Below, in pieces: positions 12,991 to 25,123 of a DNA stretch of 64,000 bases. Within the stretch, counting starts at the first letter, position 1; each line of letters starts with the position of its first letter. Made by a program: the position numbers and the translations under genes. Source of the DNA: Blastocladiella emersonii ATCC 22665. Taxonomy: Eukaryota; Fungi; Blastocladiomycota. The stretch lies in contig JANHCV010000011.1 of NCBI GenBank assembly GCA_025594325.1, forward strand, positions 1-64,000. The letters run 5' to 3'. A model generated the notes under the pieces. The model searched no databases and was not told the origin of the DNA. It saw nothing but the letters and a program-made list of their open reading frames with translations.

Positions 12991-14541
12991 ATGACCTCGC
13001 CCGGCCCGTTCCAGTCGCGGGTCCCTGCATCCGTCCGCTCGTGGATCCCCGGCCTCGGCGGCCAGAGCGACGCATCTGCCGACGTGCCCGATGCGGCAAC
13101 GGCGCCGCTCGCCCCGCCGCCCCCGCCCGTCGACGCCACGACCACCGAGCCGCCCTTCACGCACCTCGAGCACCCGGCCTCCGGGCACGCCTCCACGCTG
13201 CGCACCGCCCTCAACACGCTGAGCGGGTGGTACTGGCCCGCCGACGCCAAGGCCGCCCACGACGCCGAGCAGCGCCTGCTCGCCCGCATCCCGCGCGACG
13301 ACCCGGCGTGGCGCCTGCGCCTCGGCTTCATCGACGTGGCCGAGGACCCGACCGCGACGGGGCACCACCTCATCAACACCCTCATCATCGAGTCGACGGC
13401 GGCTGCCCCGCGCGACACGAGCAACGACGACGAGAATGCCGCCCCCGTCGTCCTGCTGCACGGCTACGGCGCCGGCCTTGCCATGTGGTACCGCAACCTC
13501 CCGGCGCTCGCCTCCGCGCTCGTCCCGCGCGGATACACGCTGTACGCGCTCGACTGGCTCGGTATGGCGCGCTCGGGCCGCGTGCCGCTCCCCAAGGCCG
13601 TAGCGGGCGAGCCCGCCGCCTCGCCCAACGCGCTGGCGCCACCACCGAGTGTCGCCGCCGCCGAGGACTACTTTGTCAACTCGCTCGAGCGGTGGCGCGC
13701 CCACGTCGGCATTGAGAAGATGGTCCTCGTCGGTCACTCCATGGGCGGCTACCTGTCGTCCGCCTACGCCCTGCGCTACCCGCACCGCGTCGCCAAGCTC
13801 GTCCTCGTCAGTCCCGTCGGCGTTCCCGAGCGGCCTGCGTCCGAGGGCGGACCCTCGGCGCCCCCGCCCGCCACCACGGGCAGCGAGCCGCTCCCTGACT
13901 CGGACACCAGCGCCGAGGGAACCAAGTCGGCTGCCGAGTCGGGCAACCCGCGCAAGTTCCCGCTGCCCTACATGGCGCTCCGGTCGTCGCTCGCCAAGCT
14001 GTGGGAGTCCGGGTACACGCCCTTCTCGCTGATGCGCGCCGCCGGCCCGTTCGGCCTACGCATGACCGAGTGGTACACGACGCGCCGCTTCACGCTGCCC
14101 GACGACGAGAAGGCCGACCTGCGCGACTACCTGTTCCACGCCAACAACGCCGGCACCCCCGCCGGCGAGTATGCGCTGTCGGCGCTGCTGCGCTTTGGCG
14201 CCTGGGCGCGCTCCCCACTCGAGCACCGCCTGCCCGCGCTGTGGTCCTCGCCCGACGCCGCCCGCCGCGTGCCCGTCCGCTTCATGTACGGCAACCAGGA
14301 CTGGATGGACCCGCGCGCCGCCGCGCGGATGCTGCGCCAGAACGGCGGCATCGACGCGCTGCGCGCCTCGGTGCACATTGTCCCCAATGCCGGCCACCAG
14401 CTGTTCCTCGACAACTCCGAGGACTTCAACCGCTGCCTCATCGACATTCTGCGCACCAACGACCGCGTCGCGCACCCGACGGTCGGCCGGCTCGACGAGG
14501 AGGCCATGGCGGCGTACCTCGTCGCCAAGAACCTCAACTAG
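12991..14541 (+). CDS. Alpha/beta hydrolase, ABHD4/5 (CGI-58)/ICT1/CLD1 family lipase-acyltransferase
   Basis: VLLHGYGAG, ALDWLGMARSGR, GHSMGG nucleophile elbow, LVLVSPVGVP, YGNQDWMD, AGHQLFLD (HxxxxD). Confidence 0.9.
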   Translation: MTSPGPFQSRVPASVRSWIPGLGGQSDASADVPDAATAPLAPPPPPVDATTTEPPFTHLEHPASGHASTLRTALNTLSGWYWPADAKAAHDAEQRLLARIPRDDPAWRLRLGFIDVAEDPTATGHHLINTLIIESTAAAPRDTSNDDENAAPVVLLHGYGAGLAMWYRNLPALASALVPRGYTLYALDWLGMARSGRVPLPKAVAGEPAASPNALAPPPSVAAAEDYFVNSLERWRAHVGIEKMVLVGHSMGGYLSSAYALRYPHRVAKLVLVSPVGVPERPASEGGPSAPPPATTGSEPLPDSDTSAEGTKSAAESGNPRKFPLPYMALRSSLAKLWESGYTPFSLMRAAGPFGLRMTEWYTTRRFTLPDDEKADLRDYLFHANNAGTPAGEYALSALLRFGAWARSPLEHRLPALWSSPDAARRVPVRFMYGNQDWMDPRAAARMLRQNGGIDALRASVHIVPNAGHQLFLDNSEDFNRCLIDILRTNDRVAHPTVGRLDEEAMAAYLVAKNLN

Positions 14542-14789
14542 GTGGCCCAGGTGATGTTGCCGAGTATTCTGACGAGCAAACACGTTCATTCTGATATCCG
14601 CCATGATCGCTCGTGAGGAGACGAGGCGATCGCAGGCTGCGCCGGCTCCCGTCCCGCCTTGCTGACACAAGCGCCCTCTCCCTCCGCGTCCCTCGCCCGT
14701 GTTGAGCCCTCGCTCTCCAACTGCAATGTATCTGCCATAGATTTGGCCCTTTTAACCTCTTCCAAACCTATCCCTACTCGCCGAACACC

Positions 14790-15629
14790 ATGGGCTCCGC
14801 CGACGAGGTTACGGCGAGCGCGACGCTTAAGAACGTCCTGACGACGTTCGCCGCCTACACCGTGTCGCACGTCATCGTGGACGGCGTGTGGCGGCGCGCC
14901 ATGCCCGCGCACTACAAGTCGCTGTCGCGGCGCGACCGCATCTACCTCGCCGAGAAGATTGCGTCGTCGGTCAACGCGCTCGTTGTGTCGGGGCTCGCGT
15001 ACAAGTCCATCTTCGTCGACGGCGACTACGACGCCGACACCATGCACCCGTACCCGCTCACGGCGCACCGCGCCTTCGTGCACCTGTGCGGCTACACCAT
15101 GTACGACCTCGGCACCATGTGGCTGCAGGGCGGCGACCACTGGAGCATGTGGGCGCACCACACCATGAGCCTGTACGGCACGGCACTCATCACGTACCTG
15201 CGCAACCCGTCCTTCTACCCGCTGCTGTTCGGCGTGTCCGAGATCACGGCGCTCGCCAACAACGTCGTGTGGTACCTGCAGACGCTGCGCCCCGCGTCGC
15301 GCGCCATGCCGTACGTGCTCACGGCGCGCGCCGCCGCCTTCACCTTCTGCCGCGTGTGGATCGGGCCGTACGCGCTGTACCGCGCCTACACGAACGCGGC
15401 GCGCGACGTCGCCCTCGGGTCGGCGCCCACCGTGTGGCAGGCGCTCTGGGCGCAGTGGTCCGGCAAGACGGCCGACGTGATCCCGCTCGCGGCCGTCGCG
15501 ACCGCGTTCAACGTCCTCCTGCTCACGTACATGAACGCCGGATGGACGGTCGCCGTGTGGAAGCTTGCGATCCGCGGCTGGGCGCGCCGCCGCGTCGGCA
15601 GCCCCGCGGGCGCCAAGAAGGCCAACTAA
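14790..15629 (+). CDS. TLC (TRAM/LAG1/CLN8)-domain membrane protein, TMEM56-like
   Basis: 279-aa multi-TM ORF with SSVNA, GYTMYDL, MWAHH, EITALANN and F.FCRVW motifs typical of TLC proteins. Confidence 0.8.
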   Translation: MGSADEVTASATLKNVLTTFAAYTVSHVIVDGVWRRAMPAHYKSLSRRDRIYLAEKIASSVNALVVSGLAYKSIFVDGDYDADTMHPYPLTAHRAFVHLCGYTMYDLGTMWLQGGDHWSMWAHHTMSLYGTALITYLRNPSFYPLLFGVSEITALANNVVWYLQTLRPASRAMPYVLTARAAAFTFCRVWIGPYALYRAYTNAARDVALGSAPTVWQALWAQWSGKTADVIPLAAVATAFNVLLLTYMNAGWTVAVWKLAIRGWARRRVGSPAGAKKAN

Positions 15630-15857
15630 CGATGAAGCTATGACGATGATGATGACGTCGACCCAATGCACATATGATTACTCTCTGCACCAGATCCCGA
15701 TTCCCCTCAGGGAATCATGCACCGCGGCGTTCGGTTTTCAACCCTGTCCTTCCCGTCCGAGCGGGCGCACCTGCACGTCCGCGGCCGCTGCCGGCAGCGT
15801 GGCCGGCAGTGCTTGGCACGCGACCTATTTCTCCATTGTTCGCGCGCATGATGGGTC

Positions 15858-16317
15858 TTACGGCGGAGCTGCACCAGACTCGACGCGTGCTGTGAGGGCA
15901 GCCGAAGTCGCTCGCACCGAGTCACACTTGCCCGCACGCTCGCGCTCCGCTGGCGACGCAGCCTTCCTCCGTGAGCTTCCCGCCTCGGCCGACGTTGGCA
16001 GATGCCGCGGGCGGCGGGGCGGTGCGCGGAAGACCACCAGCACTTTCTCACTCGCGTCCCCGACCAGGATCGCGATCGTCAGCGGGCCAGCGGCAGTGGC
16101 CAAGGTGTCGATGGTGGCACCATCTCCTTGGTCGATGAGCAGCGGGACCACGACCACGGCTCGAGGGAGCGAGCCGATGGGCGGCTCAGGCGCAGGGACG
16201 ATGGCGAGCGGCCGGCCTGCATCTGTCCAAGCGACGACGGCTGGCGCCACGATAGAACGTGCGTCACGGCGCGTCATAAAGCGGATCTCGGCAAAGGACA
16301 AGGCCCAGCACCGCCAC
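15858..16317 (-). CDS. Possible terminal exon of a hypothetical protein
   Basis: Stop-free frame after a CTGCAG acceptor with coding-like codons; no upstream exon or recognisable motif found. Confidence 0.25.
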
Positions 16318-18448
16318 CTGCAGCGTTGAAGCGAGGCGGGACGCGTCTCGATTTATGCGAACAATGGAGGATGGCCGCGGTGATCCAGGGCGTGGTCGCG
16401 CCAATCACCCGCGTGGATTCTCGCTCGCTGCGAACGCTCCCGCAAGAACAAGGAGGGCCGGGACACGTCATCGTGCATGCGATGCAATCGTGACTCAAGG
16501 CCACCTCACGGGCCCGCGCCGTGTGTCCCGCGGCTCCTCGATCGCGAGGCGGGAATCGGGCACCCTCGCTTGTCCCGCAGGGCGGCGGGCGGTTCCCGTA
16601 GAGAGCGTGTCTTCGGCCGCACGATGTGGCGACGGCGCTGGCGGGGGCGCATGAAGAGCGCGGTGGTGCGAGGGCTTGGCCGGCGACTGCGGCGCTCGCG
16701 ACGCGTCAAGGTGCGTCACCGTGCATGCAGGGGACTATCTCGGATATTTTCGGCGTTGGGCCGCGAGCCGAGATATCCGCTGCACAAGCGACAGAAGAAG
16801 CACGCAGGGAAGCGCGGTCGTGGAGACCAGGATCACCGTCGCATCACACACGGCCGCCGTCTCACGACGCGGGCCACGTCCACGCTGGCCACAGCCAAGG
16901 GTCAGCTAAGGTCGGACGACCGGCCCATCGCACAGCAGAGGACGGAAACGCGTCGCGACGCGTCCGGGCACGTCCGGGCGCGTCCAGCGAGGCGAGCGGG
17001 GACGGCCAGGAGGGGGAGTGGCTTGGATGCGACCACGGTCGCGTCAAACATGGGCGAGACGGACGAGGAGGCGGTGGCGGTCCGCGACGCGACGCGGCGC
17101 AAGCAGCCTCATTCGAACAATGGGCGAGTTGCAACGTAGGGATCGCGTAGATCTGGGGGTGAACTGTGAGAAGCGGGGAAGAAAACGGGTCAGGCGAGAG
17201 CGACTGCGGGCGCGGGCGGGCCCATGGCCACGGTCGGCAGCGCGCACGCGAGAGGGTTCTTGGGGGAGCGAGCAGGGCCGCAGCGTCGGTGGGCCGAGAC
17301 GCGCACGTCCCGATCCGCATGAGGAAGGACCAAGCACAAGGGCGAATGTGGGCGAGGACAAGGGAGGATCGAGTCGGTGCCGCGCCCGCTGCAACGCAAC
17401 GCCCCTGACGGCCACGGCCCACACGCAGCCGGGTCATACTTATGGCGGCGGCCGCCCTCTCTCTCCCCGAGCCTGCTCTTCTCCCTCGCGTCGCGCCATC
17501 GATCTTCACCTCGCTGTCCACCCGGGGCACCGGCCGACGTGCTCGCTCATACCCACCCACCCCCGCCCACGGCCGCCGACTTGGCCACTCGCCCGCACCG
17601 AGATACCCTACCGCCACCACCGCCACCACCGCGGCTGGCCCTTCCCCGTGCGTGTCTAGACTGTACTGGTACGCGCCTACGATCGTGTCTACTCCCCGAT
17701 CATCCCTCGCGGCCACGTCCGCCCTCGCCGTGAGCGGTGGCCCGCTTTGGCGCCGAGGCGGCGGGTTCACGCGCGCAGGTGGCGGTGGCCCACGGCGGGA
17801 TGCGTGCAGGACGCGATCGAGCCAGCGAGGCGGCCGGGCAGTGCTAGTCGAGAACGTGCACGGCAGCGGCGATAGGCAGAGCGCGGTTCACGAGTCTGGG
17901 CCCGCAAATCGGCTCCCCCGTTCGCCGCGCCCAACCCTCGCCTCGCTGCCTTTCCTCCCTCGCCCCGCCGCCCCGCCGCCCCGCCGCCCCGCCCTTCGCG
18001 CCCCGCTCGCGCGTGCAACGTCCTCGCCCTTCCGGCCGTGTCCCTCGTCCTGCGCGCGCGTGCGGGACGCGTCACGGTGACGGCGGCCATGGGCGGGACG
18101 CTGACACGCCGCGCGCAACGGGTGTCCGCGCGCACGTCGCTGTCGCGCGCGCTGCCCTCGATCCCGTCGCCGCCGCCCTCGTTGTTCGCGGGCACCGCCC
18201 TCCACCGCTGGTTTACGATGCACGAGATGGAGCGCTAAAACTGACATCACGCCCTCGACCGCAACTTGCGCGGGCAGAGAAATCTCGGCCGCGTCACGGT
18301 GAATCATCCGCGCGTCACCCATTGTTCTTTCCTTCGCGGCCTCCTCCTCAGCCCTCCGCGCTCCGCCCCCGCCCCGACCGCCCCGCCCTGCCTGCCCGAC
18401 CCGCCCCGGCCGTCCCCGCTCCTTCCCCCCCTCCTCCTCCTTTCCATC

Positions 18449-21400
18449 ATGTTGCACCCGCACATCGCCCACCTCGCCGCGAGTGCTCCCTCCTCCGCCT
18501 CCTCCTTGCCGACTGCCCGGCATCCCGTGCAACAACTGCCAGAGTCGCAGCAGCAATACCACCACTACCAGCAGCCGCAGCAGGACCAGCCCTTCTTCTT
18601 CCACGACTCGCACCACCACCACCACCACTTTGCCAACCACCACACCATGTCCTACGACACGCCCCTCGAGGTCGCGCCGCAGCACCACCCGCACCACCAC
18701 CACCAGCAACACCCACGATCCGTCTCCATGGCCATCCCCGCCCCCGCCGGCGCGCCGCCCTCGCCCGCCCTGACGCTCGCCGGCAGCAGCTCGCCACCGG
18801 CCAACGGCTTCGAGTCCTCGGCCGCGGTCTCGGCCTGCGTGGGCCCCGCGCCGCTCGCGACCTCGCCACCCGCCGCCGCCGCTGCCGCCGCTGCCGTCGC
18901 CATCCCCGCCATGCCCACCACGTCGCCCGGCCCGCTCGTGCCCCCGACCTACGTCGGGTACGTGCAGGAGCTGCAGGACGCGCTCTACGTCTTCGAGGGC
19001 ACCCAGACCGGCCAGCTGCCGCGCACCGTGCGCCGCCTGACCGCCCCCGAGAAGACGCGCGCCGTCTTCCACGGCGCCGTCTACGTGTTTCTCGAGAAGG
19101 AGGTGCGTGCATCTTGCGCGTCTGCTGCGTGGGAACGCGTCCTCGACGCGTCGCGATCCTGACGACCACGGCGCTCACCAACGTGTTCTCGCGGCGCGCC
19201 CCACCCCTGTAGAGCGGGATCAAGCGCTGGACCGACAAGCTGGTACGCCTTTCTCGCCGCCTCGGCCGCTCCGCCCTCCGCGCTTGCACCTGTGGCTGAC
19301 ACAAAGCCCCCTCCCCGTCTCCTCCAGCACTGGTCGGCCTCGCGCATCTCGGGCCAGTTCCTCGTCTACCGCGAGATCGAGAAGATCGCCGACGACCCGG
19401 CCGCGCTGCTCACCCCGCCGCAGTCGCCGCCCTCGGCCCGCGCCGCCGACCTGCCCGCCAACGCCGTCGTCTCCGCGCAGGCCCCGACGTGCGCCATCGC
19501 GCGCAAGCAGGGCTTCACGCTCAAGGGCCACGGCATGGTCAAGCGCACCCTCTCGCTCGTTTACCGCGGCGTCACCCACCACCTCGTCTCCTACTACGAC
19601 GAGCAGCGCCTCGACGAGCTGAGCCGCCCCTCGGCCGACCCCGCCCTCACCGCCCTCCAGCTGTGCTCCGAGATCCAGCCGCTCCTCAAAAAGTCGCAGC
19701 CCGTCGCTGTCCAGGCCGCCGCCGCGGCTGCCGCCGCCGCTGCCGCGTGTCGCAACGCGGGTGGCGCGGGTGCTGCGCCACCATCCGCTCCCGTCGCCGC
19801 TGCCCCCGTTCAGCGCGACCACACGGGCATGCTGCTCGACGTTGGCACCCTCGAAATGTCGCCCGACGAGGAGGTGTCCCTCGCCGGCGACGAGTGCATC
19901 TCGGCCCCCGTCTCGCGCGCCCCGTCGCCCCGCCCACAGAACCCGCCGCAGCCGCGCAAGCGCCCGCCGCGCGGATCGCGCAACGCCAACCAGCACCCCC
20001 ACCACGGCCACCACGGCCACCATCCGTACCACCACCACTCGCACTCGCACTCGACCGGGCGCCGTCCCCTCGTGCACGGCCTTCCAACCCCGCCGTCCAG
20101 CTCGCTCGGCTCCATACCCTCGGATCCCCCCGTCTCCGCTGCTGCTGCTGCACCACCCCCGCCGCCGCACACGTCGCTTTTTGCCCCGTCTCCCGTGGCC
20201 GCCCCCGGATGCGGCCTGACGGGCCCCACGCCCGACCTCCCCGCCCCCGTTCCGCTCGCCCGCCAGCATCACCCGCTCCCGCATCCGCACCAGCGCCAGT
20301 CGTCCATCCGGTCGTGGACCGCCTTCGGCCACTCGGCCGCCGACGCTGCTGCTCGCCACGCGGCGGCTGCCGCTGCCGCCGCGTCCATGGGCGAGTGGTC
20401 GGCACCGTCCGCCACGGGCCACACCAACGCGGGCCCCGCGCCCGACTCGCCCGACTATTTCTTCTCGGCCTCGACGGCGCAGGACTGGGAGCAGGCCATG
20501 GCCGCGTCCGCGGGCATGGCGTCGCCCGTCATGTCGTCGCGCGCCGGGTCGCCGTCCACGACGGGCGTTCCCGGCAGCGAGTGGTGGTCGCCCGCCGCGT
20601 CGCCCGCCGCGTCGATCGCCTCGTGGGACGAGGCCGGGTACTCGGGCCACATGGGCAACGTGCCCGCCGAGGCCGCCAACGACGTCAACAACTCGTGGTG
20701 GTGGGGCGGCAACGCCGCCGACAAGGCGCGCCTCGAGGACGCGCTCGGCCCGTCCTCGCTGTGGTCGGGCGTCCCCGCCACCGAGACGCTCATGCCGCCC
20801 ACGGGGCTCGGCCAGATGCCCGTCTCCGAGCCCATGATCCTCGACTCGGGCGCAGGTACCGTGTACGCGCCGCAGCCCGTGGTCTCGAGCCCGATGAGTC
20901 CCGTGCCCGTCGGACTCGACATGGTCGCCGTCAACCCGCACAACCCCGTGTTCCCGATTATCCCGCACGCCGTCCACGCTCCTCATGGCGTCCAGCAGCA
21001 GTCCCCGCACCACCCGCACCACCATCACCACCGTCTCGAGTGCAGCACCTCGCCCGTCGGCCCGCCGCCGTTCGAGTGGACCGCGGCTCATCCAGCGCCT
21101 CCAACGTCGATGCCGCCTACCTCGTCCTCGGCAACATCGCCCGTGGCCGCCCTCCCGCCGCACGCCAACCAGTGGGCCGAGTCGTTCCCGCTCCACCCGG
21201 CCTCGCCCGACATTTCGTCGCCCATCGACGACCCGCTGTTCGTGGCCGACGAGGACGGCATGATGCTCATGGGCATGGGTATCGGCATGGCCGCGAGCCC
21301 GCCGCTCATGTCGATCGAGGACATTGAGGTCGAGAGCCCGCTGATGCGCGACCTCGCTACGGGGCCCGAGCCCTTTGACGTGGCCGTGTTCGGCGCGGCG

Positions 21401-21649
21401 CCACCCGTGAACCGCCACGCGCACGACGGACCCGGCGGGCCGGTGTTCGAGGCGGGCGGCGGCGGCGACTTTTGCGTCGCGGGCGACCTGTTCAGCTGGG
21501 ACCAGCTCGTCGCGCAGGCGCCTGCCGCTGGCAGCGCGGGCGATGGCGCGGCGGCGACAGCCGGCCGGTTCGACGTGGACGCGTGGCTCGTTGACGTGCC
21601 CGTGCCCGCGGCCACGGCGACCGCAGCGGCGGCCAAGGCCCAGCCATGA
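18449..21649 (+). CDS. Gti1/Pac2 (WOPR) family transcription factor, ~1001 aa; introns 19103-19212 and 19243-19327 around a 30-nt microexon
   Basis: PTYVGYVQELQDALYVFE..RRLTAPEK..GAVYVFLEKE|SGIKRWTDKL|HWSASRISGQFLVYRE (WOPRa) and GMVKRTLSLVYRGVTHHLVSYY (WOPRb), with long low-complexity tails. Confidence 0.93.
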
Positions 21650-21855
21650 TGCCCGCCCCGCCTTGGCGAGGATGAAATCGTTTTGTGTCCAAGTGCTTTC
21701 GTGTGTACCTGTATCATTTCATCGCATTTTTGCATACTCTTGTCTGTTCTGTGCTCAGGCCTGTGAGGATCAGTCGGTAAGCGAGGCGAGGTCGCTCAGC
21801 AGGTGAGCTCGCCTTCGCGACCGCGACAGTCTCGACCACGGCGACGATCATCACG

Positions 21856-22321
21856 ATGCAAATCTACCTCCCACTCCACCAGGACCGGCCGCACGACCTC
21901 GTCCTCATCGAGCTGCAGGGGGTCCTCGAGTGCGACGGCGACGCGTTTGCGGGGCAGACGCTCGGCCGGATCGGGTTCGCCGACGACAGCGTACGCTCGG
22001 ATCGCCCCGTTCTCTTCGCCGCGGAGCGCTCACACCCGCGAGGTACAGGAAACCGAGTCGCCGACGCTCATCATCGGCAACCACCGGCTTGAGGGCAAGG
22101 TGGTCAAGCTCAAGAAGCCGCTCGCCGTCATCAAGCGCGCCGGTGCGAACTCGTCGCTGTTCCCCGCGGCGGCCGGCGGCGGCGACGTGGTCATGAGCGA
22201 GAGCCACGGCGACGAGGGCGAGGGCGATAACCTCAACCCGACGGCCGCGGGCGAGTGGCACATTGTCGGCCTGATCAAGGCCAAGTTCGAGTTCCGCCGG
22301 CGGCCGCAGAACCTGGTCTAA
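21856..22321 (+). CDS. CTF8: Chromosome transmission fidelity protein 8; intron 21991-22048
   Basis: LVLIELQG..LIIGNHRLEGKVVKLKKPLAVI..IKAKFEFRRRP. Confidence 0.92.
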
Positions 22322-22563
22322 GCACGTCAATACAACCCATCTTCCATCGCAACGAGCTGACGGGGTAGAGAAGACGCCAAGCCGTTTCCTGGCCAAGAAA
22401 CGCGTCGCGGGTCAGGGTAGCAACGGGTCACTCGGCGTCAGGTGACGAGAGGCGCAGCGCGGAAGCGCGTGGAGCCCGCGCTGCTCCCCCCGCCCTCGCG
22501 GCCGCCATCGTCGACGCCTAACCGGCACCATCAGCACACGGTAACCAACAGAAACGTAGCACC

Positions 22564-24007
22564 ATGGAGATTCCCGAGGCCCCCGATAACGCGCGCGTCG
22601 ACGAGAACGTGTCCTTTGCGCAGCTCGTACGTCCATCGCGGACTGGACCCACAACTCTACCCTCGCCCTTCGCTGACCCGAGCGACCCTCCCAACATAGG
22701 GTCTGTCCCCCGAGCTCTGCGATGCGTGTGAGCGCCTCGGCTTCAAGCACCCGACCGAGATCCAGAGCAAGGCGATCCCACCCGCGCTCGAGGGCCAGGA
22801 CATCATCGGTCTCGCGCAGACGGGTTCGGGCAAGACGGCCGCCTTCTCCCTGCCCATCCTGCAGGCCCTGTGGGACGCGCCACAGCCCTTCTTCGCCTGC
22901 ATCATGGCGCCGACGCGAGAGCTCGTGTTCCAGATCAGCGAGCAGATCGAGGCGCTCGGCGCCGGCATCGGCGTGCGCACCGCCGTCATCATCGGTGGTG
23001 TCGACCTCATGTCGCAGGCCATTGCCCTGTCCAAGAAGCCGCACATCATCGTGTGCACGCCCGGCCGTCTGCAGGACCACCTTGAGAACACCAAGGGGTT
23101 CAACCTGCGCAACCTCAAGTACCTGGTCATGGACGAGGCCGACCGCCTGCTCGACATGGATTTCGGGCCCAAGATCGAGCAGATCCTGTCGGTGCTCCCG
23201 ACCGAGCGCAACACCTTCCTCTTCTCGGCCACCATGACCGACAAGGTCGCCAAGCTGCAGCGCGCGTCGATCCGCGGCAGCCCCGTCAAGGTGCAGATTG
23301 CGACCAAGTACTCGACGGTCCAGACGCTGCTGCAGTACTACCAGTTCTTCCCGCTCAAGTACAAGGAGACGTACCTGGCCTACATCCTCAACGAGCTCGC
23401 CGGCCACTCGACCATCATCTTCACCACCACGGTCGCCGCCACCAACAAGGTCGCCCTCATGCTGCGCAACCTCGGGTTCCCCGCCGTCCCGATCCACGGC
23501 CAGATGACCCAGGCCAAGCGCCTCGGCGCCCTCAACAAGTTCAAGGCCGGCGAGCGCACCATCCTCGTCGCCACCGACGTGGTTGCCCGCGGTCTCGATA
23601 TCCCGTCCGTCGACCTCGTCGTCAACTACGACCTGCCCACCAACTCCAAGGTGTACGTGCATCGCGTCGGCCGTACCGCGCGTGCCGGCCGTGCCGGCAA
23701 GGCCATCACGTTCGTGACGCAGTACGACGTGGAGCTGTACCAGAAGATCGAGGCGCTGATCGGCAAGAAGCTCGAGGCGTTCCCCATCGACAAGGAGGCG
23801 GTGCTGCTCCTCACGGAGCGCGTCGACGAGGCGTGCCGCCTCGCGGCACAGCAGATGCGCGAGGAGGCCAAGGCCGCGCAGCAGGGCGCCAAGCACGGCA
23901 AGAAGCGCAAGCAGGACGCCGACGACACCGAGGAGGCCTCGGAGCGGATCCGCGGCACCAAGGACAAGTACAGCCACCTCCGCCACAAGAAGAAGCAGAA
24001 GAACTGA
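22564..24007 (+). CDS. RRP3: DEAD-box rRNA helicase RRP3/DDX47; intron 22627-22699
   Basis: Q motif SFAQL|[48 protein letters not shown], with RRP3-type [24 protein letters not shown]. Confidence 0.95.
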
Positions 24008-24137
24008 AGCCATACATGTACCATACGATTAATTTATCCCAAGTAGTGTTCACCCATTCACTTGGTCTTTCGCTCGCTTGTGCATCACGAAAGGACTGCT
24101 ACGGCTAGGTTATATAATGAGAAATGTACAAGGGTCT

Positions 24138-24899
24138 CTAGTCATCGAGCGTCATGCCGGTCGCCTCGGCCATCTTGCGCTTGAAGAGCTCCTCGGGCGT
24201 CAGGTCCTTGTTCGCCTTCTGCGCGGGAGCGGCGGCATTGGCACCCTCGGTCGAGGCCGCAGCCGAGCCCTTCTTTGGTGGGCGGACGAGAATCGTCTTG
24301 ATCAGGTCCAGCTGGTTGGTGTCGCCGCCCCACTCGCGGAGCACCTTGACAACCTTGGTCGACTGCAGGTTCGGGATCGCTACAAGCGCGAACGCGTGGT
24401 GAGGTCAGCCGGGGGTATCCAAGCGCAAAAGTGACCCAGGCGGAACGTACTGATGCCGTGCACCTCGTACTCGCTGCGCTCCTGCGCGACCATGGCCTCG
24501 ATGAGGTCCTCGCGCGGCGACTTCTTGCCGTGGACGGCGGCGTTGCGCTCCTTGACGAGGGTGGCGAGCTCCTCGTCGTGGCGCCCGAGCCACTTGTTGA
24601 TGACCTCGTACACCTGCTCCTGCGACAGCGACGTGACGCCCTCGGGCAGGCACGACTTGAGGAACATGTACTGGTCAACGATCAGGTTCACCTTGAACGC
24701 GCCGCGCGCGTCCTTGGTCTTGGCCAGGCGGTCCTCGCGGTGCATCGCGCGGCGCGCCTGCTTGGCCTTGCGCGAGTACGGGTGCACGTTCTCGACCTTC
24801 CCGAGCTTCTTGAGCGACTTGACCTTGTTGTTGGGCTAGACAACCGCGGGAGGGTTGGCGGCGGCATTCATTGCAGTTACATGGGGTGTGCGTTACCAT
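24138..24899 (-). CDS. TMA16: Translation machinery-associated protein 16; ATG-only first exon; introns 24896-24836 and 24450-24380
   Basis: M|PNNKVKSLKK..VHPYSRKAKQARRAMHREDRL..WLGRHDEEL..SPREDL..EYE..GIT|IPNL..LREWGGD. Confidence 0.85.
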
Positions 24900-25123
24900 T
24901 GCGATGTCTCACGTCGTCGTGCTGATCGGTTCACTCGCCAATCACGTCGGTCAGGCCGGTCGGCTGCGCCGCGCGCTGCTCGCGTCGTGGCGCCTCTGTG
25001 TTCGCAGTCAGTCGGTTTCACCTGACACGTCGCGGGGAGGGACAGATGTGGCGCAATGCACTGCGTTTGTATTCCACCAGTGACAACTCGACACGAGTTG
25101 CAAAATCGACTCTCTCATCTTAC

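Noticed and set aside
12991-15629. ABHD plus TLC pair as a lipid gene cluster
   Set aside because: Two adjacent lipid-related genes are expected by chance; no shared regulatory evidence.
16862-17770. 302-aa minus ORF and overlapping ORFs upstream of WOPR
   Set aside because: No motifs or consistent codon bias, and no splice model I could support.
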